Assembly: GCA_039906565.1 (NCBI GenBank)
Contig: CM078459.1
Location: forward strand, 18,723,066-18,787,065
Direction of reading: 5' to 3'
Length of the DNA stretch: 64,000 bases
DNA from: Aegotheles albertisi
Lineage: Eukaryota
Positions within the stretch are counted from its first letter, which is position 1. The number at the start of each line of letters is the position of its first letter. Positions 37,600 through 50,226 of the stretch are shown one piece after another. The notes under the pieces are model-generated. The model saw nothing but the letters and a program-made list of their open reading frames with translations. It was not told the DNA's origin and made no database searches. A program made the position numbers and the translations under genes.

Positions 37600-40500
37600 G
37601 CTGTTAACATCAGTTGTGACAAAAATCACATGATGTGAAGGGGGAAGGGGAGACAACTGGGTCTGTTAGGGATGAACCCAAGAATAACATGCTAGGGCCT
37701 GAAGAAAGATGGTCTAGGGAGGATTTTCAATCATTGAAGAGAAGGGATAGTTGTTTAGGCCCTGACCACAAGGCCTCCTGCCTCCCAGGGGTCCCACCAG
37801 TGCGCTCTGCTTGCTCTCTGAAATGCCTGTACACCAACGCACGCAGCATGGGGAATAAACAGGAGGAGTTAGAGGTCTGTGTGCGGTCTAAAGGTTATGA
37901 TCTGGTGGCAATTACAGAGACATGGTGGAACAGCTCACATGACTGGAATGTGGCCACGGCTGGCTATGTCCTTTTTAGGAAAGATCGGTCGGTGAGGCGA
38001 GGTGGTGGAGTTGCTCTCTATGTGAGAGAGCAACTAGAATGTATTGAGTTTTGTCCAGGGGCTGATGAGGGGCAAGTTGAAAGTCTGTGGGTGAGAATTA
38101 AGGGGCAGGCTAGCATAGGTGATACAGTTGTGGGGGTCTATTACAGACCTCCTGATCAGGACGAAGGAGTTGATGAAGCTTTCTACAGGCAGCTGAAAGC
38201 AGCCTCGCAACTACAGGCCTTGGTCCTCATGGGGGATTTCAACTACCCGGATATCTGCTGGAAGACTTACACAGCCAGCCATTCACAGTCTAGGAGGTTC
38301 CTCCAATGCATTGATGATAACTTCTTAATGCAAATGGTGGACAAGCCAACTAGGAGAGGAGTGCTGCTGGACCTTGTACTCACCAACAAGGAGGGTCTTG
38401 TTGAAGCAGTGATGGTCAACAGCAGCCTTGGCTGCAGTGATCACGAGATGGTGGAGTTCAGGATCCTGTGTGGGAGGAATAGAGTACCTAGCAAGACCAG
38501 AACCCTGGACTTCCGCAGGGCCAACTTTGGCCTCCTCAATCGATTGTTAAGGGAAGTCCCATGGGACAGGGTGCTAGATGGTAAAGGGGCTCAAGATAGT
38601 TGGTCAACATTCAAGGACCACTTCTTGCAAGCTGAGGATCAGAGTGTCCCAATGGGTACCAAATCAAGTAAGGGAGCTAGGAGACCAGCATGGTTAAACA
38701 AGGAACTGCTGGGCAAACTCAAGTGGAAAAAAAGAATCTATGGATCATGGAAGGAGGGGCTGGTCGCTTGGGAGGAATATAGGACGGTTGTCAGAGGATG
38801 TAGAGAGGCAATTAGGAAAGCCAAGGCCTCCTTGGAACTTAACCTTGCAAGTCAGGTCAAGGATAATAGAAAGGGCTTTTTCAAATACATAGCAAATAAA
38901 ACTAACACTAGAGGCAATATAGGCCCATTGATGAATGAGGTGGGTGCCCTAGAGACAGAGGATATAAAGAAGGCAGAGGTGCTGAATGCCTTCTTTGCCT
39001 CTGTCTTTACTCCTGCAGGCTTTCCCCAGGAGCCCCTGATCCCTAAAGCCCCAGAAGAAGTCAGGATAAAGGAGGAGATTGCCTTGGTAGATGAGGATTG
39101 GGTTAGGGATCAGTTGAGTAATCTGGACATCCATAAATCGATGGGTCCGGATGGAATGCACCCAAGGGTGCTGAGGGAGCTGGCAGAGGTCATTGCTAAG
39201 CCACTCTCCATCATCTTTGGTAAGTCATGGGCAACAGGAGAGGTGCCTAAGGACTGGAGGAAAGCAAATGTCACTCCAGTCTACAAGAAGGGGAAGAAGG
39301 AGGACCCGGGTAACTATAGACCGGTCAGCCTCACTTCCATCCCTGGAAAGGTGATGAACAACTTGTTCTTGGCACTATCTCTAGGCATATCAAGGATGAG
39401 GGGGTCATTAAGAGCAGTCAACATGGCTTTAGCAAGGGTAAGTCATGTTTGACCAACCTTATAGCCTTCTATGAGGAAATAACTAGGTGGATAGATGATG
39501 GTAGAGCGGTGGATGTGGTTTATCTCGATTTCAGTAAAGCATTTGACACTGTCTCCCACAGCATCCTCGTAGATAAGCTGATAAAGTATGGGTTTGATGA
39601 TCAGGTAGTGAGGTGGATCAAGAACTGGTTAAAGGGAAGAAGTCAGAGAGTTGTAGTCAATGGGACAGAATCTAGTTGGAGGACTGTGACTAGTGGAGTG
39701 CCTCAGGGGTCGGTACTGGGACCGGTGTTGTTCAATATCTTCATCAGCGACCTGGATGAGGGTACAGAATGTACCTCAGCAAGTTTGCTGATGGCACTAA
39801 ACTGGGAGGAGTGGCTGACACACCAGAGGGTTGTGCTGCCATTCAAAGAGACCTTGATAGGCTGGAGAGTTGGGCGGGGAGAAACTTAATGAAATTCAAC
39901 AAGGGCAAGTGCAGAGTTTTGCATCTGGGGAAGAACACCACCATGCACCAGTACAGGCTGGGGGCTGACCTGCTGGAGAGCAGTGTAGGAGAAAGGGACC
40001 TGGGAGTCCTGGTGGACAGGAGGATGACCATGAGCCAGCAATGTGCCCTTGTGGCCAAGAAGGCCAATGGCATCCTGGGGTGCATTAGAAAGGGGGTGAT
40101 TAGTAGGTCAAGAGAGGTTCTCCTCCCCCTCTCTTCTGCCTTGGTGAGGCCACATCTGGAGTATTGTGTCCAGTTCTGGGCCCCACAATTCAAGAAGGAC
40201 AGGGAACTGCTTGAGAGAGTCCAGCGCAGAGCCACTAAGATGATTAAGGGAATGGAACATCTCCCTTATGAGGAGAGGCTGAGGGAGCTGGGTCTCTGTA
40301 GCTTGGAGAAAAGGAGGCTGAGGGGTGACCTCATCCATGTTTACAAATATGTAAAGGGTGAGTGTCAGGATGATGGAGCCCAGCTTTTGTCAGTAATGAC
40401 TAATGATAGGACAAGGGGCAATGGTTGCAAACTGAAGCATAGGAGGTTCCATGTGAATATCAGGAGGAACTTTTTCACTGTGAGAGTGACAGAGCACTGG

Positions 40501-40680
40501 AACAGGCTGCCCAGAGAGGTTGTGGAGTCTCCTTCACTGGAGACATTCAAAACCCGCCTGGATGCGTTCCTGTGTGATGTACTCTAGGTGACCCTGCTCT
40601 GGCAGGGGGGGTGGACTAGATGATCTTTAGAGGTCCCTTCCAACCCCTTAGATTCTGTGATTCTGTGAAAAATGGGAGTG
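37600..40680 (+). mobile_element. Near-full-length CR1 element (ORF2 endonuclease + reverse transcriptase + 3'UTR); 5' truncated around the ORF1/ORF2 boundary
   Basis: ORF-track frames 37635..39452 (605 aa, APE-type EN start LKCLYTNARSMGNKQEELE, RT motifs), 39449..39889 and 39769..40587 together span the ~2.9-kb ORF2; terminates in canonical CR1 3' end and (ATTCTGTG)2 at 40650-40672. Confidence 0.9.
37635..40587 (+). pseudogene. CR1 ORF2 (EN-RT) disrupted by two frameshifts (~39.4 kb and ~39.8 kb)
   Basis: Three successive overlapping frames are needed to read EN-RT continuously; the FADDT/RT motif region continues in frame C to ..[17 protein letters not shown]. Confidence 0.8.
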
Positions 40681-40800
40681 TATCTTTGACGAATGAGTAT
40701 AGTGCATATAAGAATGACAGGTTTTAATTTCCTGGGGATTATTTCTAAAACCTGAGTCCCGCTGTTGCTGTTATAATCTTACTTTGTCTTGTGTAAATAG

Positions 40801-40926
40801 GAATTACCAGATGACCCATGGGGCAAATTGTCCATCAACCTGTATTTTGGTGGAATGTCACTTTCTTCCTTCATGGCATACCAGAAGTACTGTGTTGCTG
40901 AATTTTGTCTGGACATACCAGAGATG
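40801..40926 (+). CDS. RNF17: RNF17 exon ([42 protein letters not shown])
   Basis: gtaaatag|gaa acceptor, atg|gtgaga donor; 126 nt, phase 0-0; lies just 3' of the CR1 insertion. Confidence 0.6.
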
Positions 40927-41439
40927 GTGAGATTTTTGTGTATTTGTGTCTTTTGCTGTTGTTACTCTGACATTAAAAAGATTACTCAGTTGCTTGTTGT
41001 GACCTTTGATTTGTTACTACTTTTTATGTTTCTCTACGGTTTTGTGGTGTAAACAGCAGTAGCATGTGTGTACAGCTCGTAGCATAGGAAATGTAGATAT
41101 GATGTATTGATAAGATTGTATGGAATAGCAGATTGCCAGGTTTGTTCTTGGACTCCTTACTGAGGTATGTGCAGTGCTCAGTTGGGAACGAGCTGTAATT
41201 TAAGTTGAATGTTTAGAGTCAGGTGGAGTCAGGTGTCAATGTTCCTGATTGCTTTGCAGAAATCTGGCATTCAGTTTGTATGTATGATAGAGTCAGACAT
41301 CCTTTCTTTACTGGTATTTATCAAGCTCTTCTTTTTAATCTTAGGAGTACATACTTTAAATGGAAAAGCTGTTTTTTTCTAGTTAAGTCTGAGGAGCATA
41401 ATGGTTTTTTATACTGTATCCTGTTCAAATTGACAATGT

Positions 41440-42000
41440 CTGCAGTCTTTCCCTCATCAATCAGGCGGGTCACCTTGTCATAGGAGGAGATCAGGTTGGT
41501 CAAACAGGACCTGCCCTTCATGAACCCATGCTGACTGAGCCCAGTTCCCTGGTTTTCCTGCACGTGCTGTGTGACCACACTCGGGATGTTCTGCTCCATG
41601 ACTTTCCCTGGGACTGAGGTCAGACTGACAGGCCTGTAGTTTCTGGGGTTCTCCCTCCTGCCCTTTTTTGTAGAGAGGCGTCACGTTGGCCAACCTCCAG
41701 TCCTCTGGATGCTGCCCACTAGACCAGGACTGCTGATAAATGATGGAGAATGGCTTGGCGAGCTGCTCTGCCAGCTCCTTCAGCACTCTTGGGTGGAACC
41801 CATCTGGCCCCATAGCATTGTGGAGCAGGAAGTCACTAACTGGTTTCTCCTGTATTATGGAGATTTCAGTCAGCTCCCCATCTCTGTCATCCAGCTCAGG
41901 GGACTGAGTACACTGAGGATGGTTGATCTGGCTATTAAAGACTGAGGCAAAGGTGACATGAAGTACCTCAGGCTTTTGTTTGATCTTTGCTCACCAGGTT
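41440..42000 (-). mobile_element. CR1 internal (RT-coding) fragment, minus orientation
   Basis: Minus ORFs 41478..41813 / 41321..41599 encode CR1 RT segments (MGPDG.HPRVLKELAE..PLSII...PEDWR.ANVTP.YKKG). Confidence 0.75.
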
Positions 42001-42119
42001 TCCCCCCATACCCAGTAAAGGATGGAGGTTCTCCCTGGCCCTTCTTTTATTGCTAATATATTTGTAAAAATGTTTTTTATTATCTCTTATGGCAGTGGCC
42101 AGATTAAGTAATAATCCCC

Positions 42120-42645
42120 CTGTACACAGCATTAGTGAGGCCGCACCTCAAAATACTGTGTTCAGTTTTGGACCCCTCACTACGAGATGGACATTGATGC
42201 GCTGGAGAGGGTCCAGGGGAGGGCAGTGAAGCTGGTGAAGGGCCTAGAGCACAGGTCTTATGAGGGGCTGCTGAGGGAGCTGGGACTGTTTAGTCTGGAG
42301 AAGGCTCGGGGGGACCTTATTACTCTACAACTGCCTGAAAGAAGGCTGGAGTGAGGGCGTGGCTGATCTCCCAAATAACAAGTGATAGGACAAGATGTAA
42401 CAGCCTCGGACTGCTCCAGGGGAGGTTCAGACTGGATGTTAGGAAGAATTTCTTAACAGAAGGGGTTGTCAGGCACTGGAACAGGCTGCCCAGGGAAGTG
42501 GTGGAGTCGCCATCCCTGGAAGCATTCAGAAGAGGTGTAGATGAGGCCCTTAGTGACATTGTTTAGCAGTGGACTTGGCGGTCCTGGAGTAACAGTTGGA
42601 CTTGATGATCTTGAAGGTCTTTTCCAACCTAGTTGATTCTGTGTC
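42120..42645 (+). mobile_element. CR1 3' fragment
   Basis: ..[12 protein letters not shown].. coding tail plus terminus (gggaagtggtggagtcgccatccctggaagcattcagaag...). Confidence 0.8.
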
Positions 42646-43099
42646 AGATCATGCAGGGGGAAGAAAGGGTCAGAGTTTATTGTTTTGTTTTGCAGTTACA
42701 TACCTGATTGCTTCCACTTTTCTTTTTGCTCTGGGCATAATGAAAACTGTTCATCAAATAGATGTGTAAAATTAAAATGTGTATTAGAGAAATTACAGCT
42801 TTTGTTATGTATCATATTAAAGTACAGGAAAGAATTCATGACCAGCTGAGCTATACATCCTTTTAAAGGCATAATTTAATGCAGTAAGGTTTATTTTGTC
42901 ATGAACCAAATGAGTTCTGTAAACTGTAAAATAAGTAATTTCTGGAAAAAGACACACTGGGGCATGCTGTGCTGGTGAGACAGCAGCTGTCTGTACTTCG
43001 CAAAATCTTAACTTTTTGAAAGAATGATAATTCTGGTGACTTAAGAAGTTGCATTGCCCTTTCTCTTAAGAGATAACTTGCTCTGGCAAACTGCAGTAA

Positions 43100-43325
43100 C
43101 ATTGAGCATGGCATTCAGGTTAAGGAAGAACTTCTTTACTGTGCGAGTTCCTGCACACTGGAACAGGTTGCCCAGAGAGGTTGTGGAGTCTCTGTCACTG
43201 GAGATACTCAAGAACCGTCTGGCTGCAGTCCTGTGCAATGTGCTCTAGGATGACCCTGCTTGGGCAGGGGGATTGGACCAGTTTGACCCACTGTGGTCCT
43301 TTCCAACTGATTCTGTGATTCTATT
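43100..43325 (+). mobile_element. CR1 3'-end fragment
   Basis: cactggaacaggttgcccagagaggttgtggagtctctgtcactggagatactcaag...gattctgtgattcta. Confidence 0.8.
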
Positions 43326-43619
43326 AACTTGTGCTAACTAATTGCTATTGTTTTAGTTTTTTCTAAGTATTTTCTCTCTTTAAAGTGAATTCCACCTGTA
43401 ATGTATTTTTGAATTAACGGCAATAGTTACCAAGTCAGTATGTTAGGACCATTTCAAAGATATATTCTTTATATTTTAAGTGTTAATTAACTAATTCTGT
43501 TATCTTTTAGCTAAAGCTTTTTTAAAAACCTAATAACTATTGAAAGGAAATGTTGATTAATGGTTTTTTTGCATTTTGTTAATAAATACGTTGTTTGACT
43601 AAAGTCTGTCTCTGTCTAG

Positions 43620-43730
43620 GAACTACTTCAAGGAGATGTTCCTGTTTCACCTTCGTACAGGTTGCCACCACTCCCTACTCCAGGAGATACTTTTCCTGTC
43701 AGAATTACCCATTTGGTGTCCCCTAGGGAG
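43620..43730 (+). CDS. RNF17: RNF17 exon, Tudor E N-terminal extension (ELLQGDVPVSPSYRLPPLPTPGDTFPVRITHLVSPRE)
   Basis: tgtctag|gaa acceptor, gag|gtatgt donor; 'VrItHlvSP' motif; phase 0-0. Confidence 0.65.
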
Positions 43731-44357
43731 GTATGTTTTGTAAACATCTCATGTAATGTTGCAGGCAGGAAGTGTTCCGGTCCCGTCATGCTGGTGAATA
43801 GGAAATAATGGCTAACAATTTTATGTAATATAAAAAGTATTAGTAAAGTTGCAAAATGCGACTGAGCATTTGTGCAGTGCAACTGTCTGAACTGATGATC
43901 CAGTTATAACTGATGATCCAGTTATACATTAGGTGAATGGAATGTCTTTGCATAGCAAACAAAGCACTGTTTCCAAAGTTCTTCTTTTATTAACTTTAAT
44001 CTTTGGTTTGGTATATTACGAAGTGAATTTATTTGCCAAGTAGCAGGAGAGAGGAATTCTGAAAGACACAGCTGTGAAATTTTACATGGGTATATTATCT
44101 AGTGTGTGCGTTCCTTTCATTCTTACATTTTAACATTGAAAAGTCGTGTTAATCAATCACGACTCTTCTGCTTTTGGAAAAAACCTGTAAATATGAAATT
44201 ATTCATAAATTGAGAAAGAAGAAAGGGGAACAAGGATGTACTGAACCTTTCAAAGCTGGGAACAAGCAATCTTCTAATAATCTTCGATCACCGATGGAAT
44301 TTGAATGTTTTAAGTTGTCTGCAAAAGTTGTAATATGAGAGCCTTTTCTTTGAGTAG

Positions 44358-44514
44358 GTTTATATTTGCCTTGAGCCTTCCAAGAACCTTATGAAGCAGT
44401 CTACCACAGAGGGAGATGCCAGCTGTGACTCGGAGTTTGGGAGCCTTGATGAAGCCCTGAAATGGTGTAATAAAAATGTGGAGTCTCTTCCCCTTCTAAC
44501 ACACTTCCGAACAG
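44358..44514 (+). CDS. RNF17: RNF17 exon (VYICLEPSKNLMKQSTTEGDASCDSEFGSLDEALKWCNKNVESLPLLTHFRT-)
   Basis: ttgagtag|gtt acceptor, acag|gtacat donor; continues 'FYiq' of extended Tudor; phase 0->1. Confidence 0.6.
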
Positions 44515-44689
44515 GTACATTAGTGTGTTTATTTTCCCTGTTGTTGCATGTGGATGTACAAAAAGCCTGAAATTATTTCTTCAGAATAGGAATAATTATA
44601 TTTCTGCGTATCTTTAAATAAAACTTTTGGAGAGTAAGGAGTAACACTACGCAATAATCATACAATACACTATAGTCAGGAGTGTGGAA

Positions 44690-45045
44690 AAAAAGAGGCT
44701 CGGGAAACCTTAACACTCTCTACAGCTACCTGAAAGGAGGTTATAGCAAGGTGGGTGTTGGTCTTTTCTCCAGGTAACAAGCGATAGGGCAGAGATGAAA
44801 TGGCCTCAAGTTGTGCCAGGGGAGGTTTAGGTTGGATATTAAGAAAAATTTCTTCACTGAAAGGGTTGTCAGGCACTGGCACAGGCTGCCCAGGGAAGTG
44901 GTGGAGTCACCATCCCTGGAGGTGTTTAAAGACGTGTAGATGTGATGCTTAGTGACATGGTTTAGTGGTGGAGTTGGCAGTGCTGGGTTAAGTGTTGGAC
45001 TTGATTTTAAAGATCTTTTCCAACCTAAATGATTCTTCTGCACTA
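44690..45045 (+). mobile_element. CR1 3' fragment (same subfamily as 295-880 and 1548-1910)
   Basis: ctacagctacctgaaaggaggttatagcaaggtgggtg...ggcctcaagttgtgccaggggaggtttaggttggatattaag. Confidence 0.8.
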
Positions 45046-45587
45046 CCTTTGTCATTCTGTTCCACTGGAAAATGATGGAAAGAACTCAGACTTCTGATGC
45101 CTGTTGAAGTTAATGAGCTGAGTTTAGATTGCATATGGCAAAAAATAAAACTCTTTTCCCTTAAGGTGACTGTCACTGAAGCTGCAACTGAAAATCTTGC
45201 TATTAAATACTCAAAAGGCACAACTTATGTACAGAAAATCACTTTGCCAAGAGTTAGAAATTATGTGAACCCTGAAAAGTATTACTTCACTTTAATTCTG
45301 GATTTCTCCATTTAGGCAAAAGTTTGGATCACTATTTTAACCAAGCAGTTTTCTGTTAATTCTCATCATTGCCATGTGAGGTAGAGAAACTTCACGTAAC
45401 TTGCATACTAATGATGATGAATTGAGAGTTCAGAGGGAATTGCAGGATGCATAGAACAAAATAGTAGCATGAATTAGAGAAGAAAAAAACTTGGTCACAA
45501 AGTAAAATGGATTTTCAATTTCCATTGGTTTGTATTGCACTGTGAGTATATTGGGGTGTTTTGTGGTTGTTTTTTTTCTTTTTACAG

Positions 45588-45723
45588 ATATGCCTTGTCT
45601 TGTAGAATACCAGGATGGTTTATGGTATAGAGCAAAGCTCCTTTCCATTGAAGAATTTAACCCTGTTAAGGTTCTGGTTCAGTTTGTTGACTATGGTAGT
45701 TTTTCAGTTGTCCCAACAAGCAG
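45588..45723 (+). CDS. RNF17: RNF17 exon, Tudor E core ([45 protein letters not shown]-)
   Basis: ttttacag|at acceptor, ag|gtaaat donor; near-perfect Tudor core (C...DG.WYRA.I...........V.FVDYG..e.V); phase 1->2. Confidence 0.85.
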
Positions 45724-46974
45724 GTAAATACGTAAGAAGAAAAAATGCATGTGAAATGCCTATATATGTACTTGTGAAATATGTACTTAAGAATAAGTGT
45801 ATATATTTTTACATTTGTTATTACTTACCTTTATATAACTGTAGATATATGATAATTTAGCATTAGATTTCAGTTGGGAGAGAAAGTTGGTTGGCTGCTT
45901 AAATAATTACTGTCTGCAGGGTCTAGGGTGTGGCACCTGCTTCTCTCTCAGGTTGTTCTGAGAATCCCATTATTATAATACCAGATTTCTCTGTCATCTT
46001 CAGTTACTTAGTCTGTGAAATAGGTTCAGGCTTATAATCTGATTTTGTACCCAAAAAGCTTACACAGAGCAGGTGCTGAGCCCTCCAGGTGTACAATCCT
46101 CTCATCCTGTGCCACTGCAATCTGCACAGAAACAGCTGGGCAATAAGATAAGGGAGTATCTGAGTGGGACACATCTTGTGCTGCTTCTGTGGAAACTGAA
46201 GTTCAAATCCCTGTTCTGCCTGGTGCTGAGTCACTCTAGGACCTGCTTCTGTGCTGATACACACACGTCAGCTAAGTGTCCCAAACACCTCAGGCTTTTG
46301 GGGTCCCCTAGGCTTGTCTGAATTTTCTCTTTTGAAGTACTTTCATTTTTTATATGTACTGCTTACTCACCTTGACTTGCTCTTGAGCTCACTGGGGGAT
46401 CTATCTAAGGCTACTGTCTGAAGATGAGACAAAACAGGGATTTGAACAGATTTCCTGCTTCATACTGTTAGGGTCATGGGAGAGTGTTTTGTTTCAGGGT
46501 TGCGCTTCTTGCTCTGCTTCCCCATTTCTTTGCTTCTGGGATAGAAAGAAGAGTGGGGAGATAATATTAAATCAAGCTACCCATTTCCAGTAGTGCAGCT
46601 AGAGCACATCCAGGTGTGAAGCACTGGGACAACAAAGATCTGTCATTTTCCAGACACACCAGACTTGGAGCTCACATCGGTGCCTGGCCCTTGAGACTCC
46701 CCCCCCCCAAGCACTATAATGGGGAGGCAGCGTGCCTGCTGGGCTGACCTGCTTTTTGCCTGTTACTGTGCTGAAATCCTGTAGAGGGCCAAGCCCTGCC
46801 TGATGAATTGTTTGGTCTCACACCGGCACGTTCTTGTAGAGCAGGGACACTGATCCCAGTTTCCACACTGTGAATCTTCTGCATGAACCATTAAGCTGTC
46901 CTTATGTCCACGCTGACAGTTGAGCTTGACAGGAGGATTGTTGCAGGCAAACATATGTTTCATTTTTGTTCTAG

Positions 46975-47164
46975 ATTGCGTCACATACCTTATCATCTGC
47001 TGAAGTTTCCTGTTCAGTCAGTACGAGCTCTGTTGGCTGGATTTAAACCTGCTTTATATGACAGAAATGTGGAAAGAATTCCTTACTGCCCAGAATGGAG
47101 TGTGGAGGCATTGTGGGCTATGGTGGAGTGTATTGAAGGAAAACAGCTCTCTGCTTCCATGCTT
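46975..47164 (+). CDS. RNF17: RNF17 penultimate exon (-LRHIPYHLLKFPVQSVRALLAGFKPALYDRNVERIPYCPEWSVEALWAMVECIEGKQLSASML)
   Basis: ttctag|a acceptor; ctt|gtgaga donor upstream of in-frame stop; matches ORF 46904..47185; Tudor 'lP.qA..C.LaG.kP' motif; phase 2->0. Confidence 0.7.
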
Positions 47165-47536
47165 GTGAGAAACTTTTTTTCTTAGTTTTTGCTCAGCCTA
47201 AAATTCTTACTAGCACTCTTGACTATAACTTCTTAAGTATTTGTTTTACTGTGAACCCTCATAATTCAAAACTGGGAGCAATTCACCAAATTCACTGTGA
47301 AGGAATGCTGATGAAGTGAGAAAATCACGTGGTGCTCCTCTTAATCCTGCAAACAAAGTTTCTGAGCATTCCTGTTACTTTAAAAACAGTTTCCTTCACT
47401 TAAAACCAGAAATATTCTTCATATGTTCACAGTTGCATTTAGGCAGTGAGTACAGCCAGTAAGATAACTTATAATATTGGTTAGCTTTAGATTTAAATCT
47501 GTTACTATCAAAACTTTGTCAACTTCCATTTTTCAG

Positions 47537-47635
47537 GCTCTTTCACCAGCAGTCACCATTTCCTTGTATGACGAGGACAAGAAACTAGTTCATATGAAAC
47601 TGGTAGAAATGGGACTTGCAGAGTTGGATGAGTGA
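47537..47635 (+). CDS. RNF17: RNF17 terminal coding exon (ALSPAVTISLYDEDKKLVHMKLVEMGLAELDE*), stop TGA 47633-47635
   Basis: tttttcag|gct acceptor; 32 codons to TGA; Tudor C-terminal 'v.L.d......v.LVe.GLA' pattern; 3'UTR follows (AATAAA at ~48658). Confidence 0.65.
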   Translation, partial: ALSPAVTISLYDEDKKLVHMKLVEMGLAELDE

Positions 47636-48799
47636 TACGTAAGTATAGTGAATATGAACTACAAATTCATACCATTGCAAAGGAATTATTTCTGAAGTTC
47701 TAAGCAAAGTCTAAACTGTCGGTAATGTTGATAACTAGATTTAAAAAAAAAATTCCTTCTGTCCCCACTCCCACTCTTTTAATGAAATGAAAGCTGTTAA
47801 AGTGAATTTCATTACATTCACATTACTGAAGCCCACAGTATAGCTCTAAGGAGTAACAGGTACTGAAACAGAGAGCCCTAAGGCGAGGTAGCAGGGCTTT
47901 TGCTGCTGGTAACTGAAGAAGGTAATGTGCAGATGTGTGGCAGTGTACTCTGCCCAGACAATCAAAATTAATTGTTTTTCTTAATTTTCAGCATTTGATC
48001 TCAGTGATGTCCAGTGCCAGTGTTCTCAGACAGATCTATGATAACATAACGGATGTCCATACATCTAGTCAAACATGGAACAGTTGAAATGCAAAGCTTT
48101 ACAGTATGTGTTGTCTACAGAGAATACTGGAGATGGGTTTTCAGATTTCTTGGCCAACTCGGTGTTAAGTCATCCTTTTCCCTCCCATGTAATAAGCACT
48201 CTTCTAATTGATGTTTACAGATACTGTTCCCACACTTTTGAATCTTGAAATAGTTCACTATCTACTTACCTCTTAATCTTTATTGACCTTAGAGCCTTAC
48301 GTATTGTTCTGTCATACCTGTTTTGTAAAAGAGTAGATGGAATTAATGTGTAGTAGTAAAACAGATAAGGTGATGCTGGTCACACTTGTTCCAGAATCTT
48401 GTTAGGGGACTCAGCAGGAAGGTGAGTTTTATTACTGTGAAGTAACCCTTGTTAATACTTAAGGCATATTTGGTGACAGACTTCTCCAGTACTGGAGTTT
48501 GGGATAGCAAGTGTTGAGGGTGGGGGAGTATTTTACTATCTTTGTTCTGGAACGTGTTTGCATTGCTGCTCTGTTTCCTATTTTTGGTCACATTTTGGGT
48601 GTCCTTGCACCTCCTTCCTACTCCTGGAGCTGCTGTGTTCATTTGATACAGCGTTGAAATAAACAGGAGTTTGTTTAGCATGCATCTGAAAGCTTGTTTT
48701 CCTTTACTGTCATAGTATGTGAAGTTTCTTTGAACGTCTCTATTGTACTAGTGTAGTATATCCTTTGCATTTAAACCTCAGTCCCTTTCAGTCTCCCCA

Positions 48800-48920
48800 T
48801 AGGAAAAAAGATTCACAGTGAAGACTCCACCACCTCTCTGGGCAACCATGTCCAGTGTCTGTCACCCTCACAGCAAAAAAAAAAACATTTTTTTGATGTT
48901 CAGAGGGAATCTGTGTTTCA
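48800..48920 (-). mobile_element. Short CR1-derived fragment, minus orientation (in RNF17/CENPJ 3' intergenic region)
   Basis: gattcacagtgaagactccaccacctctctgggcaaccatgtccagtg is the reverse complement of the CR1 ..cactggacatggttgcccagagaggtggtggagtc.. region. Confidence 0.55.
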
Positions 48921-50226
48921 GTTTGTCCATGTTTGTGCAAATATCACATACCTGTATACACATCTCTTCCCTCTATCACATGAAAGCAAGCGTACAAAAC
49001 AGCCTTGGCAGTGTTGCTCAGGCATGCTGCAAGGGTCGCTTGCCACTCTGTACCAGCCGTGGAAGTATCTTTTCACAGTTGTTAGTACATGCTCTGGTAT
49101 TAATCATACATAGTATATGCTGTTGAAAATACCCTATAGAGCTGTCATGTGCTGTATTCAAAACATGTTTCTTACTTTTGTTTAAAAAAAACCAAAACAA
49201 CTTGCTTATCAATCATCATAAAAAGGACTTAGCCCTGAATTACTTAAGAACTACTGCTTAGGAGAGGCAGGTCCTGGCACTCCATCCCACCAAGCAACTT
49301 CTAGTTGTGAGTGAGCATAGTTCCCACTACTGCAAATGGATTGACCCTTGAGTGAAAAAAGGCACACACGGGTACAGTGACTACAGAGCTTGCCTTCACT
49401 GAGGAGAAGAAAGCAGGAGGGGAGGAGGCAGAGGCAACAAGGGGAAGAAAAATTATTTTCTGCTGTGCAGGAGAAACCAATTTTTTAGCATCCACTACAG
49501 TAGAGTTAGAGCAGACACACTAGCTTCTGTATCACTTCACTTGTAGGCACTGCAGAATTTTAAAAGACAAGTCAGCTTAAAAATACCTGTTAGGTGAAAG
49601 AATGGGATGAGATGACCTTCGTTGATTTCTGGTATTTTCCTCCCACATTTCTGAGTAGCTTGGAGCATTAACCTGTTCCTGCCTCACCTGTCCTAGCCTT
49701 CTGGATATAGAAGAGCAGTTTACAGAACAGTTTGGGGTCTGCTAATGCTATTGCCTCCTAACTGTGAGTTAAAGAAAAAAGATTATGAAGAATAGCTTTA
49801 GGCTAGCTGAAAAGGAATACTGCCATTCTTTAAGTCAAACTGATACCCAGACTCTTAAATGTGGCCACCTGCTGTATTTTACCACAGCAGGGTTCCAACA
49901 GCACAACTTTTTACCTTGGATTGAAGAATTTTCTCTTAGATGTCTAAAATAAGGTAATTGACCACTGTTTGAATTGCAGCTGATTTAAAAAACACCCTTT
50001 AAACCACACATGACAGAATACTGGATCAATAAACTGCTTTTTAAAAGTAGAAATGGGAAAAAAATTAGAAAAAGCTCTGATGTAGTAACACCCACTGAAA
50101 AATAAATTTTACAAGAAAACTATAAACAATATATACACCAACAAGCTTAAAGGGGTTTCTCTTCTTGTTTACAGGAATGTACATTATTTTTGCTGATGTG
50201 CCAACACTTCCAGCAGTTGACATTAC

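Noticed and set aside
48343-48681. 112-aa minus ORF and other 60-100-aa ORFs in the RNF17/CENPJ 3' intergenic region (48818..49126, 49018..49212, 49301..49495)
   Set aside because: Located in 3'UTR/intergenic DNA between convergent genes, no splice signals or motifs; consistent with random ORFs at this length.
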